Part shown: positions 26,284-39,272 of the stretch, in pieces
Layout of the letters: every line of letters begins with the position of its first letter
Position numbering within the stretch: position 1 is the first letter of the stretch
Source: an uncultured Alteromonadaceae bacterium
GTDB lineage: Bacteria; Pseudomonadota; Gammaproteobacteria; Pseudomonadales; Halieaceae
Length of the DNA stretch: 64,000 nt
Reading direction: 5' to 3'
NCBI GenBank assembly: GCA_964346555.1
Contig: CAYFVJ010000001.1
Location: forward strand, 4,779-68,778
Position numbers and translations under genes: made by a program
The notes under the pieces: model-generated
Seen by the model: the letters and a program-made list of their open reading frames with translations, nothing else
The model's database searches: none
Told to the model about the DNA's origin: nothing

Positions 26284-26781
26284 ATGTCTGGACTGACCCA
26301 TCTCGATGAATCCGGCGCCGCCCACATGGTGGATGTGGGTGAAAAGGCCGTCACCCGCCGCAGCGCGAGGGCACGGAGCAGCGTGCGCATGCAACCCGCA
26401 ACGCTGGCTATGCTGCGCGAAGGCAGCGTAAGCAAGGGGGATGTGCTGGCGACCGCACGCATTGCGGGAATTCAGGGCGCCAAACGCTGCGCCGAGTTGA
26501 TCCCCCTGTGTCATCCGCTGATGCTGGAGGCGGTGGATGTAGAGCTGACCCTGTGCGACACACACCCCGGTGTCATCATCGAGGCGGAATGTCGCCTGAG
26601 TGCGCGCACTGGCGTGGAAATGGAGGCGTTGACCGCGGCATCCGTGGCAGCGCTCACGGTTTACGATATGTGCAAGGCGGTCGACCGGGGAATGTCGATC
26701 AGTGAAACGTTGCTCCTGAGCAAGCGTGGTGGCCGCTCCGGTGACTGGGAAAACACCGGGGCCAGGGGTTTACCGGCGTGA
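26284..26781 (+). CDS. moaC: cyclic pyranopterin monophosphate synthase accessory protein
   Basis: 165 aa, with [23 protein letters not shown] and LIPLCHPL motifs. Confidence 0.92.
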   Translation: MSGLTHLDESGAAHMVDVGEKAVTRRSARARSSVRMQPATLAMLREGSVSKGDVLATARIAGIQGAKRCAELIPLCHPLMLEAVDVELTLCDTHPGVIIEAECRLSARTGVEMEALTAASVAALTVYDMCKAVDRGMSISETLLLSKRGGRSGDWENTGARGLPA

Positions 26782-27029
26782 AGGTTCTGTTTTTCGCCAG
26801 TGTCCGCGAACAGCTGGGTTGCGATGTGCTTGATGTAGCCTGTGCCGAGGGCTGCAGTAGCACGGAGCGCCTCCGGCAGCAGCTTATAGTCCGCGGTGGT
26901 GAGGTCTGGCGCGAGGTACTCACGCAGCCCAATCTCATCTGCGCGGTAAATCAATCCGTGGTGCACGGGGATCAGGACCTCGCCGAGGGTGACGAGGTGG
27001 CGTTCTTTCCGCCCGTGACCGGGGGCTGA
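26778..27029 (+). CDS. moaD: molybdopterin synthase sulfur-carrier subunit
   Basis: 83 aa ending in the C-terminal Gly-Gly (PPVTGG). Its GTG overlaps the moaC stop (GTGA). Confidence 0.85.
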   Translation: MKVLFFASVREQLGCDVLDVACAEGCSSTERLRQQLIVRGGEVWREVLTQPNLICAVNQSVVHGDQDLAEGDEVAFFPPVTGG

Positions 27030-27035
27030 ACGCCG

Positions 27036-27500
27036 GTGTTCACGATTTCCGTGCAGGCGCAGGACTTTGACCCGGGGGCACTGGAGAGCGAGCTGGTGGC
27101 GGACGGCGGCGATATCGGCGCCACCGTCTGCTTCACCGGCTACGTCCGGCGTGACCCGACGCGCCCCACGCTGTCCGGGTTATCCATCGAGCACTACCCG
27201 GGGATGACCGAGAAGCGCATGCGGGCAACCCTGGATGAAGCAGCGGAGCGCTGGCCGGTGCAGCGCGCGGGAGTGGTTCACCGCATTGGTCCACTGGCTA
27301 TCGGCGAGCGTATCGTGTGGGTGGGCGTCGCGTCCGCGCATCGCGCTGCAGCATTCGCTGCCTGCGACTACATCATGGACGCCCTGAAAACGACGGTACC
27401 CCTGTGGAAGCGTGAACTCGGCCTCCCCGGCAAGCCCTGGGTAGAGGCGCGCGACAATGACAAGGCCCGCGCAGCGCGCTGGAAAAAAGGTATGCTATGA
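27036..27500 (+). CDS. moaE: molybdopterin synthase catalytic subunit
   Basis: 154 aa from a GTG start, with MoaE-like CFTGYVRR, HYPGMTEK and PLWKRE motifs. Confidence 0.88.
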   Translation: MFTISVQAQDFDPGALESELVADGGDIGATVCFTGYVRRDPTRPTLSGLSIEHYPGMTEKRMRATLDEAAERWPVQRAGVVHRIGPLAIGERIVWVGVASAHRAAAFAACDYIMDALKTTVPLWKRELGLPGKPWVEARDNDKARAARWKKGML

Positions 27501-27988
27501 CAACAGAGACCCGCGAGCTGCGGGATGCACTTGGCCAATTTGCAACCGGTGTATGCCTGGTAACTGCCGCAACCGACGACGGCCGTGCGCTCGCACTGAC
27601 CGTGAATTCCTTTGCCTCTGTGTCCCTTGACCCGCCTCTGGTGCTCTGGAGTCTGCAATGTGACTCGGACATTTACGAGGAGTTTGCCACTGCCCAGCGC
27701 TATGCCATCAATGTACTGGCGAGTGATCACGAAACCTGGGCCAATCGCTACGCTATGAAGGATGGACACGCGCTCGACACGCGGCATTACGCGCCGGGCC
27801 AGAACGGCGCACCGCTTGTCGACGGCGCGCTAGCGGTGTTTGAGTGCAGTCTCGAGGCGACACATCCGGGCGGCGATCACGTCATCCTCGTCGGCCGGGT
27901 AACACGCTTCGCGCGCTCCGGGCCTGCGGCGCCGCTGGTGTTTTTTGGCGGCGCCTACCGTCGGCTGGCGGCGAATGAGGCAGCCTGA
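27497..27988 (+). CDS. flavin reductase family protein (HpaC/RutF-like)
   Basis: 163 aa with FATGVCLVTA and LTVNSFASVSLDPPLVLWSL motifs. It is joined to moaE by an ATGA overlap. Confidence 0.8.
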   Translation: MTTETRELRDALGQFATGVCLVTAATDDGRALALTVNSFASVSLDPPLVLWSLQCDSDIYEEFATAQRYAINVLASDHETWANRYAMKDGHALDTRHYAPGQNGAPLVDGALAVFECSLEATHPGGDHVILVGRVTRFARSGPAAPLVFFGGAYRRLAANEAA

Positions 27989-28539
27989 TGAAGTTCTGCA
28001 GCCAGTGCGGCGACACGGTCACTTATCGCATTCCGACGGGGGACGATCGCGAGCGCGCAGTCTGTGATAGCTGCGACACGATTCACTATATCAATCCGCG
28101 AATCATCGTCGGTTGCCTGCCCGAGTATCAGGGGCGCCTGTTGCTTTGCCGAAGAGCGATCGAGCCGCGCCGGAACTACTGGACACTGCCGGCAGGCTTC
28201 ATGGAAAACGGTGAAACCACCGAACAGGGCGCGGCGCGGGAAACCTGGGAAGAGGCGATGGCTCGCGCGGACGAAATGGCCCTGTATCGGGTTTACGATG
28301 TGCCCTACATCAATCAGGTCTACATGTTTTATCGCTGCCGCATAGCCGACGGACAGTATGGTGTCGGTCCCGAAAGCCTGGACACCCGCTTGTTTGCCCC
28401 GGCGGATATTCCCTGGGATGAACTCTCGTTTCCATCGGTGTATCGGGCATTGGCTTCTTACCTGCGCGACCGCGAGGCGGGCAATGCGTTTCCTGTCCAG
28501 GTCGAGACGATACTGAGGCGCCGCGACGCGGGGGGCTGA
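27988..28539 (+). CDS. Nudix hydrolase with N-terminal zinc ribbon
   Basis: It has CSQC...CDSC cysteine pairs and the Nudix box GFMENGETTEQGAARETWEEAMA. It is joined to the flavin reductase gene by a TGATG junction. Confidence 0.85.
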   Translation: MKFCSQCGDTVTYRIPTGDDRERAVCDSCDTIHYINPRIIVGCLPEYQGRLLLCRRAIEPRRNYWTLPAGFMENGETTEQGAARETWEEAMARADEMALYRVYDVPYINQVYMFYRCRIADGQYGVGPESLDTRLFAPADIPWDELSFPSVYRALASYLRDREAGNAFPVQVETILRRRDAGG

Positions 28540-28596
28540 GCATTACTGAACTTGCCGTATGTCTCACCAGCTATTCTACGAAAACAGGAGTATCCC

Positions 28597-29079
28597 ATGG
28601 CATTTCCCAAGGTAGGCAACCTGGCTCCGGCATTCACGCTGACCAATCAGGACGGTAACAAGGTGAGTCTCAAGCAGTTCCGAGACAGCCAGAATGTGGT
28701 GCTGTATTTCTACCCGAAAGCAATGACGCCTGGCTGTACCGCGCAGGCCTGTGGTCTGCGCGATAGCCAGGAAGAACTCGAGCAACTGGACACAACGGTT
28801 CTCGGTGTCAGTCCGGACCCGGTCGCACGGCTGGGCAAGTTTATCGAAAAGCAGGATCTCAACTTCACGCTGCTATCCGATGAAGACCATGCCGTTGCGG
28901 AAAAATATGGCGCCTGGGGCCTGAAGAAGTTCATGGGGCGTGAATTCATGGGTATTCTTCGCACAACGTTTATCATCGGCAAGGATGGTCGGCTCAAGCA
29001 CATCATGGACAAGGTCAAGACCAAGAGCCATCACGACGACGTCATCGCCATCATCCGGGAGCTTGATCTCGCCGGCTGA
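28597..29079 (+). CDS. bcp: thioredoxin-dependent peroxiredoxin
   Basis: ATG 28597 is preceded by AGGAG. It has YFYPKAMTPGCT with the peroxidatic Cys and is 160 aa long. Confidence 0.88.
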   Translation: MAFPKVGNLAPAFTLTNQDGNKVSLKQFRDSQNVVLYFYPKAMTPGCTAQACGLRDSQEELEQLDTTVLGVSPDPVARLGKFIEKQDLNFTLLSDEDHAVAEKYGAWGLKKFMGREFMGILRTTFIIGKDGRLKHIMDKVKTKSHHDDVIAIIRELDLAG

Positions 29080-29267
29080 CGCGGGTCGCTGCCTCGATTA
29101 TCAGAGTCAACGTCAACCGTATCCTCGCCGCAGCTTATGCAGGTTGATCCTGAGCTGACCGCCCGATGCTCACCGTGAATGCACCCGTCGTAAATTGCCC
29201 CGATGCGGTAAACCGGTTACATTGCGCGCCGTCATTCGAAAACCACAGCAACCCCGGAGAGTCACCC

Positions 29268-29603
29268 ATGAGCTTTTTTGCCCAGGCACACGCGCAGTCA
29301 GGTCCACCATCGGGTGGCGGCGAACTTTTCCAGATCGTGTTCCTTGTGGGTTTGTTCGTATTGTTCTACTTCATTGCCATACGCCCCCAGCGCAAGCGCC
29401 AGAAAGAACACGCGGAGATGGTCGCCGCTCTGTCCAAGGGAGATGAGGTTGTGACCAGCTCCGGAATACTTGGCCGCATCAATGACCTCGATGACAATTA
29501 TATGGTGCTGAACGTCGCCAACAATGTTGATCTGAAGTTCCAGCGCGTGCACGTGCATGCGGTTCTGCCCAAGGGCACGTTGAAGTCTATCGGATCCACA
29601 TGA
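29268..29603 (+). CDS. yajC: preprotein translocase subunit YajC
   Basis: ATG 29268 is preceded by GGAGA. It has FLVGLFVLFYFIAIRPQRKRQKEH and GDEVVTSSGILGRI motifs and is 111 aa long. Confidence 0.88.
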   Translation: MSFFAQAHAQSGPPSGGGELFQIVFLVGLFVLFYFIAIRPQRKRQKEHAEMVAALSKGDEVVTSSGILGRINDLDDNYMVLNVANNVDLKFQRVHVHAVLPKGTLKSIGST

Positions 29604-29625
29604 GCCCCGCCCTGAGGGCAGCAAG

Positions 29626-30972
29626 GTGAGCGACCTGATCGCCACCATCAACGCCTGGGCATGGGGGCCCGTTATGCTGGTGCTGCTCCTCGGCACTGGC
29701 ATCTACCTGACGTTCGGCCTGCGATTGTTGACCCTCCGCCACATTCCCCGGGCGTTCGGTCTACTCGTGGGCGGTCGCACTGGCGACGGCGGCGGCGATA
29801 TCTCGCCGTTCGGTGCCCTGATGACATCGCTCTCAGCGACCATCGGCACCGGCAATATTGCCGGCGTTGCGACTGCCCTGGCACTGGGCGGCAGTGGCGC
29901 GCTGTTCTGGATGTGGCTGACTGCGCTGTTCGGCATGGCCACGAAGTACGCCGAGGCCGTCTGCGCGGTGCGTTTTCGCGAGCAGGACGCCACCGGCATC
30001 TTCAGCGGTGGTCCGATGTACTACATCCGCAATGGACTGCACAAGCGCTGGCACTGGCTCGCCTATGCGTTTGCACTTTTCGGCGGGTTGGCGGGGTTTG
30101 GACTCGCCAATACAGTGCAATCCAACTCCATCTCCCAGGTGCTCAACGATACATACAGCGTGCCGCCGTTGCTGACCGGGCTTGTCCTGATGCTGCTGGT
30201 GGGTGCCGTAGTGCTCGGCGGCATCCGCCGCATTGCCACGGTCGCCAGCTACCTGGTCCCACTGATGGCCACTGCCTACATCCTTATGAGCGTGATCGTT
30301 ATCCTCTTAAACCTCGGCGAGGTTCCCGCAGCGGTGGGTGAGATAATCCGGTCTGCTTTTACCGGCTCTGCCGCTGTCGGGGGCTTCGCCGGCGCCACGG
30401 TGTGGGCCGCGATTCGCTTCGGTGTCGCGCGCGGTATATTTTCCAATGAGGCCGGTCTCGGCAGCGCACCGATCGCCCATGCCGCGGCCCGCACCGACCA
30501 GCCGGTACACCAGGGCATGATTGCCATGCTCGGCACTTTTATGGACACACTGGTGGTGTGCTCGATGACCGGGCTGGTCATCGTTATCATGGACGTCCTG
30601 CCCAGCGGCATCAGCGGTGCGAGCCTGACCTCCATGGCTTTTGCCGAGGCTTTTCCGGGCGGGGAAATCATCGTCAATCTGGGCCTGTGTCTTTTCGGAT
30701 TCACCACGATGATCGGCTGGTCGTTCTATGGCGAGCGTTGTCTGGTGTTTCTGTTCGGCACACGTGCCATCCTGCCGTTCCGGCTACTCTGGGTTTTGGC
30801 GATTCCCGTGGGTACTGTTGTTCAGCTGGAGCTGGTCTGGCTGGTCGCCGATACCCTGAATGCTTTCATGGCTGTCCCCAACCTGATTGCCCTGTTGCTG
30901 CTGGGGCCGCTGGTCTTCCGCATCTCTCGCGAGTACTTCGCCGCTGCTGGCGCGACCGCGTCCGGCGTCTGA
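29626..30972 (+). CDS. alanine/glycine:cation symporter (AGCS family)
   Basis: 448-aa polytopic protein with an N-terminal INAWAWGPVMLVLLLGTGIYLT and a FSNEAGLGSAPIAHAAA motif. Confidence 0.85.
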   Translation: MSDLIATINAWAWGPVMLVLLLGTGIYLTFGLRLLTLRHIPRAFGLLVGGRTGDGGGDISPFGALMTSLSATIGTGNIAGVATALALGGSGALFWMWLTALFGMATKYAEAVCAVRFREQDATGIFSGGPMYYIRNGLHKRWHWLAYAFALFGGLAGFGLANTVQSNSISQVLNDTYSVPPLLTGLVLMLLVGAVVLGGIRRIATVASYLVPLMATAYILMSVIVILLNLGEVPAAVGEIIRSAFTGSAAVGGFAGATVWAAIRFGVARGIFSNEAGLGSAPIAHAAARTDQPVHQGMIAMLGTFMDTLVVCSMTGLVIVIMDVLPSGISGASLTSMAFAEAFPGGEIIVNLGLCLFGFTTMIGWSFYGERCLVFLFGTRAILPFRLLWVLAIPVGTVVQLELVWLVADTLNAFMAVPNLIALLLLGPLVFRISREYFAAAGATASGV

Positions 30973-31006
30973 GCAAACTGCCTTCCTTGCTACGGATCAG
31001 CGCGCT

Positions 31007-34469
<3,463 letters not shown>

Positions 34470-34674
34470 TGTTTAGATTGACTTTGACGGGTTGGGCCGC
34501 TACTTTATCGCGGCGAATGAGCAGCAGTCCCGGCGCCAGGTAACAACAAAGGCAGCAATACAGGTAACGACACATGCAAAAACAAAAGCCTGCCGGCGTG
34601 TTCCAGCCCGCTAACCCGCCCTGCGCAACAACCCGCTACCTACCGACGCTCGCGTCTTAACGGTGAATTAATTT

Positions 34675-36405
34675 ATGGCAGATAACAAGCGCCCGACCTT
34701 TGCTACGCTGGAAAATCCCTTTGCAAGCCCGAAGATATCTCGCCTGGGTGCGCCGGGGCAGGTCGCCACTGAGCCCGGGCGCTATGAGGAAACGCTGCAG
34801 GCAGGGGTGGCACTGCAGCGCCGGCCCTTCGAGGCCGCCGGTGTTCACAATACCCAGCGCCAGCATCTGAAGAACCGCATGACTGTGTGGGAGCGCATCC
34901 GCTACCTTGCCGACGGCGAGCCCACGGTGTACTACCAGAACTGGGGACCGAATCTCGATGGCGCCTCGCTGGTCACCGCCCTGATTCAGGTGGGTGGTCG
35001 CGATGTTGCGATCTATGGGCATGACTTCACCGTGCGCGCCGGCTCAATGGATGCAACTAACGGCAAGAAACTGGCGCGCCTGTTTGAGCTCGCTGGCAAG
35101 CGGCGGATTCCACTGGTTGGCCTCAACGATTCTGCCGGCGCCTACATCCCCGCCGGCGTCGGTGGCCTGGATGGTTACGCAGACGCGTTCACGGCCCTAC
35201 GCAAGATCAGCGGCGTCGTGCCTAGCATTATGTGCATGTTCGGGTTCAACGCCGGTGGCGGCTCCTATCTGCCGCGCCAGGGCAGTTTCCTGGTACAACC
35301 GAATGATACATTCTTCGGTCTGACTGGCCCGGGTGTCGTCAAGTCCGTGCTTGGAGAGGATGTCACGCCGGATGAACTCGGCGGCCCGGGCGTGCACAGC
35401 CAGAGCGGTGTCACGGATTTTGTGGTCCCCGATGAGGTGGCGGCGCTACAGCGGGTGCGGCAGCTACTGAACTACCTGCCGAATAACAACGCCGAGCTGG
35501 CGCCACAGCAACCTTCATCGGATCCGGTAACACGTAAAACCTGGGATCTTGATATCCTGCTGAAGAAGGCGTTCAACTCCCCGACCGGGTTCAACACGCC
35601 TTTCGATATCAGCGTATTCATCCAGCAGCTCTGCGACCACGGGGACTTTCTCGAGGTGCAGGCGGAAAGAGCGCGCAATACAGTCTGCGCGCTCGGTCGC
35701 ATGGGTGGCCATGTGATCGGTTTTGTCGCCAACAACTCGGCGGTTGCCTCCGGTCAGATCGATATAGACGCTGCCTACAAGAACGCGCGCTTCATCAGGT
35801 TCTGTAACCTTTACAACATTCCGGTTGTTTTTCTCGAGGATACAACCGGTTTCCTCCCCGGTCGTGAGCAGGAGGGACGCGGCATCGTGCAGGCGGGGCG
35901 CGCCATGCTGGATGCCATTGTCGACCTGCGCACGCCGCGATTCCTGGTTCTGGTACGCAATGCTTTCGGCGGCGCCTACGCGTCTTATAACAACTATCCG
36001 ACGGGCGCCGATTTCGTTGTAGCCCTGCCGACGACGCGGGTCGCGGTCATGGGTCCGGCGGGTGTCGAGTACGTTTACAAGGACGAGCTACGCAAGCTGC
36101 GCGGATCTGTCGCAGAGCGTATCGCCGCCGAGACGGCCTCGCAGGAAAAGGCCGGATTGCCGAGCGAGGAAGCGATGCGCGCGGCACAGACCCTGGTTGG
36201 CGACTGGGTAAAGCGCGAGGAGCAGGAACTCGCCCGTCGTTACGAGCGCGAGCTGATGAATCCGAACGAAGCCCTGAGTCTCGGGTCGATCTCGCAGATC
36301 GTCATGCCCTGGGATCTGCGCCAGGTGCTGGCGGAGCAGATGGACTTCTGTCTGCGGCATTACACCGCCGAGCCGCTGCAATCCGTGCAGCGTGAGTTCC
36401 ACTGA
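34675..36405 (+). CDS. acyl-CoA carboxylase carboxyltransferase (beta) subunit, probably propionyl-CoA carboxylase
   Basis: 576 aa with carboxyltransferase motifs [26 protein letters not shown] and FNAGGGSY. It lies in an operon with the methylmalonyl-CoA epimerase, mutase and MeaB genes. Confidence 0.85.
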   Translation: MADNKRPTFATLENPFASPKISRLGAPGQVATEPGRYEETLQAGVALQRRPFEAAGVHNTQRQHLKNRMTVWERIRYLADGEPTVYYQNWGPNLDGASLVTALIQVGGRDVAIYGHDFTVRAGSMDATNGKKLARLFELAGKRRIPLVGLNDSAGAYIPAGVGGLDGYADAFTALRKISGVVPSIMCMFGFNAGGGSYLPRQGSFLVQPNDTFFGLTGPGVVKSVLGEDVTPDELGGPGVHSQSGVTDFVVPDEVAALQRVRQLLNYLPNNNAELAPQQPSSDPVTRKTWDLDILLKKAFNSPTGFNTPFDISVFIQQLCDHGDFLEVQAERARNTVCALGRMGGHVIGFVANNSAVASGQIDIDAAYKNARFIRFCNLYNIPVVFLEDTTGFLPGREQEGRGIVQAGRAMLDAIVDLRTPRFLVLVRNAFGGAYASYNNYPTGADFVVALPTTRVAVMGPAGVEYVYKDELRKLRGSVAERIAAETASQEKAGLPSEEAMRAAQTLVGDWVKREEQELARRYERELMNPNEALSLGSISQIVMPWDLRQVLAEQMDFCLRHYTAEPLQSVQREFH

Positions 36406-36445
36406 GGACCCCGCGCCGCAACCCCAACACGCCAAGGATGAACCC

Positions 36446-39259
36446 GTGTCAAACGAGCATTACCTTTACAACCCATTGATTCACGCCGAGCGCAGGCTGG
36501 GTGACTCCCGCTCGCGCTGGGTACAGCAGTTTGATTGTAGTGACATCGCACCGCTGATCATCTGCCGCGGTCCGATCCGCAAGGAAGCCATGGATGTATT
36601 TGCTGAAATGGGCATCACCCATTACGGCATACTGCTTTCCGAGAAGGACTCTATTGTCTATCAGAATGCGCTGGCGCCAGAACTGCGCAGTATGCTTCCC
36701 CAGGAGCGCATCCATCGCGTACCGGATTACACGGGTGCCAACAAGGAGGAGCGCGAACAGCGCATAACGCAGATCATTCAAATCGCCCATGACAACGGCT
36801 ACAACGCGGTGTTTGCCGGCTATGGCTTCATGGCTGAGGACGAGACCATGGTGGCGGCCATGGAGTCCGCGGGACTGAACTTCATCGGGCCGTGCTCGCG
36901 CACAGTGCACGATGCAGGCCTCAAGGACGAAGCCAAGCGCACCGCGTTGCGCACCGGTGTCTCGGTCACCCCGGGCGTGGATAATGCGACGGCCCTGACC
37001 CTGCTCAAGCGCTACCCGGACGCCGAAGCGCTGCAGTCACTCGCCAGCGAACATGGCCTCGAGGTTGACCCGGGTGTATTTACGTCTGACATGCAGGTCG
37101 AGGACATTGCCGACCACGTTCTTGCCGCGTCCTATACCAAGGGCATTGATCTCTACACGGTGGACGAACTCTGCGAGACAGTGACTGACGTGGTGGCCGG
37201 GATGGCCGAGCAATACCCCGAGAACCGGGTGCGGCTCAAGGCCATCAGCGGTGGCGGCGGCAAGGGCCAGCGCATCCTCGGTAGCGGTGAATCCGCGCGC
37301 ACACCAGAGCTGGTGCGCGAGATACTCAACGAGGTAAAGACGACGGGCGTCGGTGATAACAAGAATGTCCTGGTAGAGCTGAATATCGAGACGACCCGGC
37401 ATCAGGAGATACAGGTCATCGGCAATGGCGACTGGTGCGTCAGCCTCGGTGGTCGCGACTGTTCCCTGCAGATGCATGAGCAGAAGCTGCTGGAGGTCTC
37501 GGTGACCGACGAGAGCCTGCGCGCCGCCGTGACACGCGCTCGGGACGAGGGGCGTCAGGAGGAAGCCCGGGTCCTCGAGCAGGATGTACGCATTCTGTCG
37601 GAGATGGAGGACGAGGCGGCGCGCTTTGGTGCCGCGGTCGGGCTCGACTCTGTCTCGACATTCGAGTGTATCGTCGATCGCGAGCGGCATTTTTTCATGG
37701 AGATGAACACGCGTATCCAGGTGGAACACCGCGTCACTGAGCTCTGCTATGCCCTGCGCTTCAGTAACCCGGATGACCCGGACGACGGGTTTACTGTGAA
37801 TTCGCTGGTCGAGGCCATGGTGCTGCTCGCCACCCACGGCAAGCGCCTGCCGAAGCCCGAACGAATTCTGCGCCACAACGACAGCGTCGAAGCGCGGCTG
37901 AACGCCACCAACCAGGCCCTGCAGCCGAGCGCGGGTGGTGTGGTCGAGTTCTGGTCTGACGCTTCACCCGGTGAAATACGCGATGACCAGGGCATCAGCC
38001 TGCACAATCCGGATACCGACGTATTCATGAAGTACACGCTGGCCGGTGCCTACGATTCCAATATCGCCTTGCTGCTGACGGTAGGTGACACGCGACTCGA
38101 CACCTATGAGCGCCTCGCGGAAACACTGCGCCGCACGCAAATGTCCGGCAGGGATCTGGCCACCAATCTCGAGTTCCACTACGGACTGGTCAACTGGTTT
38201 ATCGGCAAGAACATCAATGCACGCCCGACGACGCGCTTTATCGTGCCCTATCTGACGGCCGTTGGTGAGCTGCGACAGCGCGCCCTCAACCTGGATCTTA
38301 CGTATGCCTGGCGTCGTCTTGTCGAACGGGACTGTGCCGGGCTGGATACAGACACTGCAAAGGAACTCGCCGCGGTCATGCAGCGCAAGCAGACGCTGCT
38401 CCTGCGTCCACTGGAACTGATGCTGGATCAGCCCCATATTTTAAGCGGCTGGTTGAGCCGCAACCGCGATAGCTATACGGTGGAGGATGGCCGCATCCGC
38501 TGGAACGCCAACCCTGTCGCTCTGCTGCGGAAGCTGTACCACTACCTGAATATGGATGCCGGCGTTAAGGCGCCTGCCTCCCGGGTCATCTGGGACCATG
38601 ACGATGAGGTCCTGCAGGCCGCCGGGGATTTCTACGCTACCCTGCACGATCGCCTCGGCGAGGACGATTGGCTGGCGCTGCGCAGCGTCCTCGGGGAGGA
38701 ATCGCCGCCGCCGTCGTTCGGGGCGGCGCAGTGGCAGAACGTCAGAGCGGCACATCGGGGCTATCAGGCGGGTGCGCAGGTACTGGCGCTACTGCCGGCA
38801 ATCGCCGAGGACACCGGCTTCTTTGAATTGTCGGTGAATCCCGACCTGAGCATGGCGATTCCCGAGCGTCTGCTGGACCCGGTGCATCAGGCGGAGATGG
38901 CCAAGGTGCTCGTGCCACCCCCGATCGCCAGCGCCGACGAGATCCTCGCCCAGAGCGGCGGCATGTTCTACGCCCGGGAAACACCCGACAGCGAGCCCTA
39001 CATGCGCGTCGGCGATCATTTTGAGGCGGGGGATCCGCTTTATATCGTCGAGGTGATGAAAATGTTCAACAAGGTGTACGCGCCGTTTGCGGGCACTATT
39101 GAGGAAGTGCTGGTAGAGAATGACGGTGTGATCATCAGCAAGGGTCAGCCCCTGTTCCGCATCACGCCGGACGAGCGTATCGTCACCGAATCGGCGGATG
39201 ACATTGCCACGCGGCGCCGTCGCGTTACCGACGCCTTCCTCGATCGGATAACGCAGTAA
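36446..39259 (+). CDS. biotin carboxylase + biotin carboxyl carrier fusion (alpha subunit), atypically long
   Basis: It has ATP-grasp/BC motifs (KAISGGGGKGQRIL, RDCSLQMHEQKLLE, EMNTRIQVEHRVTE) and the C-terminal biotinylation motif VEVMKMFNKV. GTG 36446 is preceded by AAGGA. The ORF opens at GTG 36392. Confidence 0.85.
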   Translation: MSNEHYLYNPLIHAERRLGDSRSRWVQQFDCSDIAPLIICRGPIRKEAMDVFAEMGITHYGILLSEKDSIVYQNALAPELRSMLPQERIHRVPDYTGANKEEREQRITQIIQIAHDNGYNAVFAGYGFMAEDETMVAAMESAGLNFIGPCSRTVHDAGLKDEAKRTALRTGVSVTPGVDNATALTLLKRYPDAEALQSLASEHGLEVDPGVFTSDMQVEDIADHVLAASYTKGIDLYTVDELCETVTDVVAGMAEQYPENRVRLKAISGGGGKGQRILGSGESARTPELVREILNEVKTTGVGDNKNVLVELNIETTRHQEIQVIGNGDWCVSLGGRDCSLQMHEQKLLEVSVTDESLRAAVTRARDEGRQEEARVLEQDVRILSEMEDEAARFGAAVGLDSVSTFECIVDRERHFFMEMNTRIQVEHRVTELCYALRFSNPDDPDDGFTVNSLVEAMVLLATHGKRLPKPERILRHNDSVEARLNATNQALQPSAGGVVEFWSDASPGEIRDDQGISLHNPDTDVFMKYTLAGAYDSNIALLLTVGDTRLDTYERLAETLRRTQMSGRDLATNLEFHYGLVNWFIGKNINARPTTRFIVPYLTAVGELRQRALNLDLTYAWRRLVERDCAGLDTDTAKELAAVMQRKQTLLLRPLELMLDQPHILSGWLSRNRDSYTVEDGRIRWNANPVALLRKLYHYLNMDAGVKAPASRVIWDHDDEVLQAAGDFYATLHDRLGEDDWLALRSVLGEESPPPSFGAAQWQNVRAAHRGYQAGAQVLALLPAIAEDTGFFELSVNPDLSMAIPERLLDPVHQAEMAKVLVPPPIASADEILAQSGGMFYARETPDSEPYMRVGDHFEAGDPLYIVEVMKMFNKVYAPFAGTIEEVLVENDGVIISKGQPLFRITPDERIVTESADDIATRRRRVTDAFLDRITQ

Positions 39260-39272
39260 CTGGAGAGAAGAC

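Noticed and set aside
29106-29117. Tandem hexamers in spacers: GTCAACGTCAAC (29106-17, bcp-yajC spacer) and GCGCTA-T-GCGCTA (15886-98, kef-msrB spacer).
   Set aside because: They are too short to distinguish from chance, and I noticed no second copy or partner palindrome.
34574-34660. A 28-codon ORF (MQKQKPAGVFQPANPPCATTRYLPTLAS) in the spacer upstream of the carboxylase operon, considered as a possible leader peptide.
   Set aside because: It has no Shine-Dalgarno, no attenuator-like terminator following it, and no telling codon run. It cannot be distinguished from chance.
36392-36445. The alternative GTG 36392 start for the biotin carboxylase gene, which overlaps the beta-subunit 3' end by 14 nt.
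   Set aside because: GTG 36446 has a well-spaced AAGGA (36434-38) and 36392 does not. I kept 36446 as the preferred start, but 36392 is not excluded.
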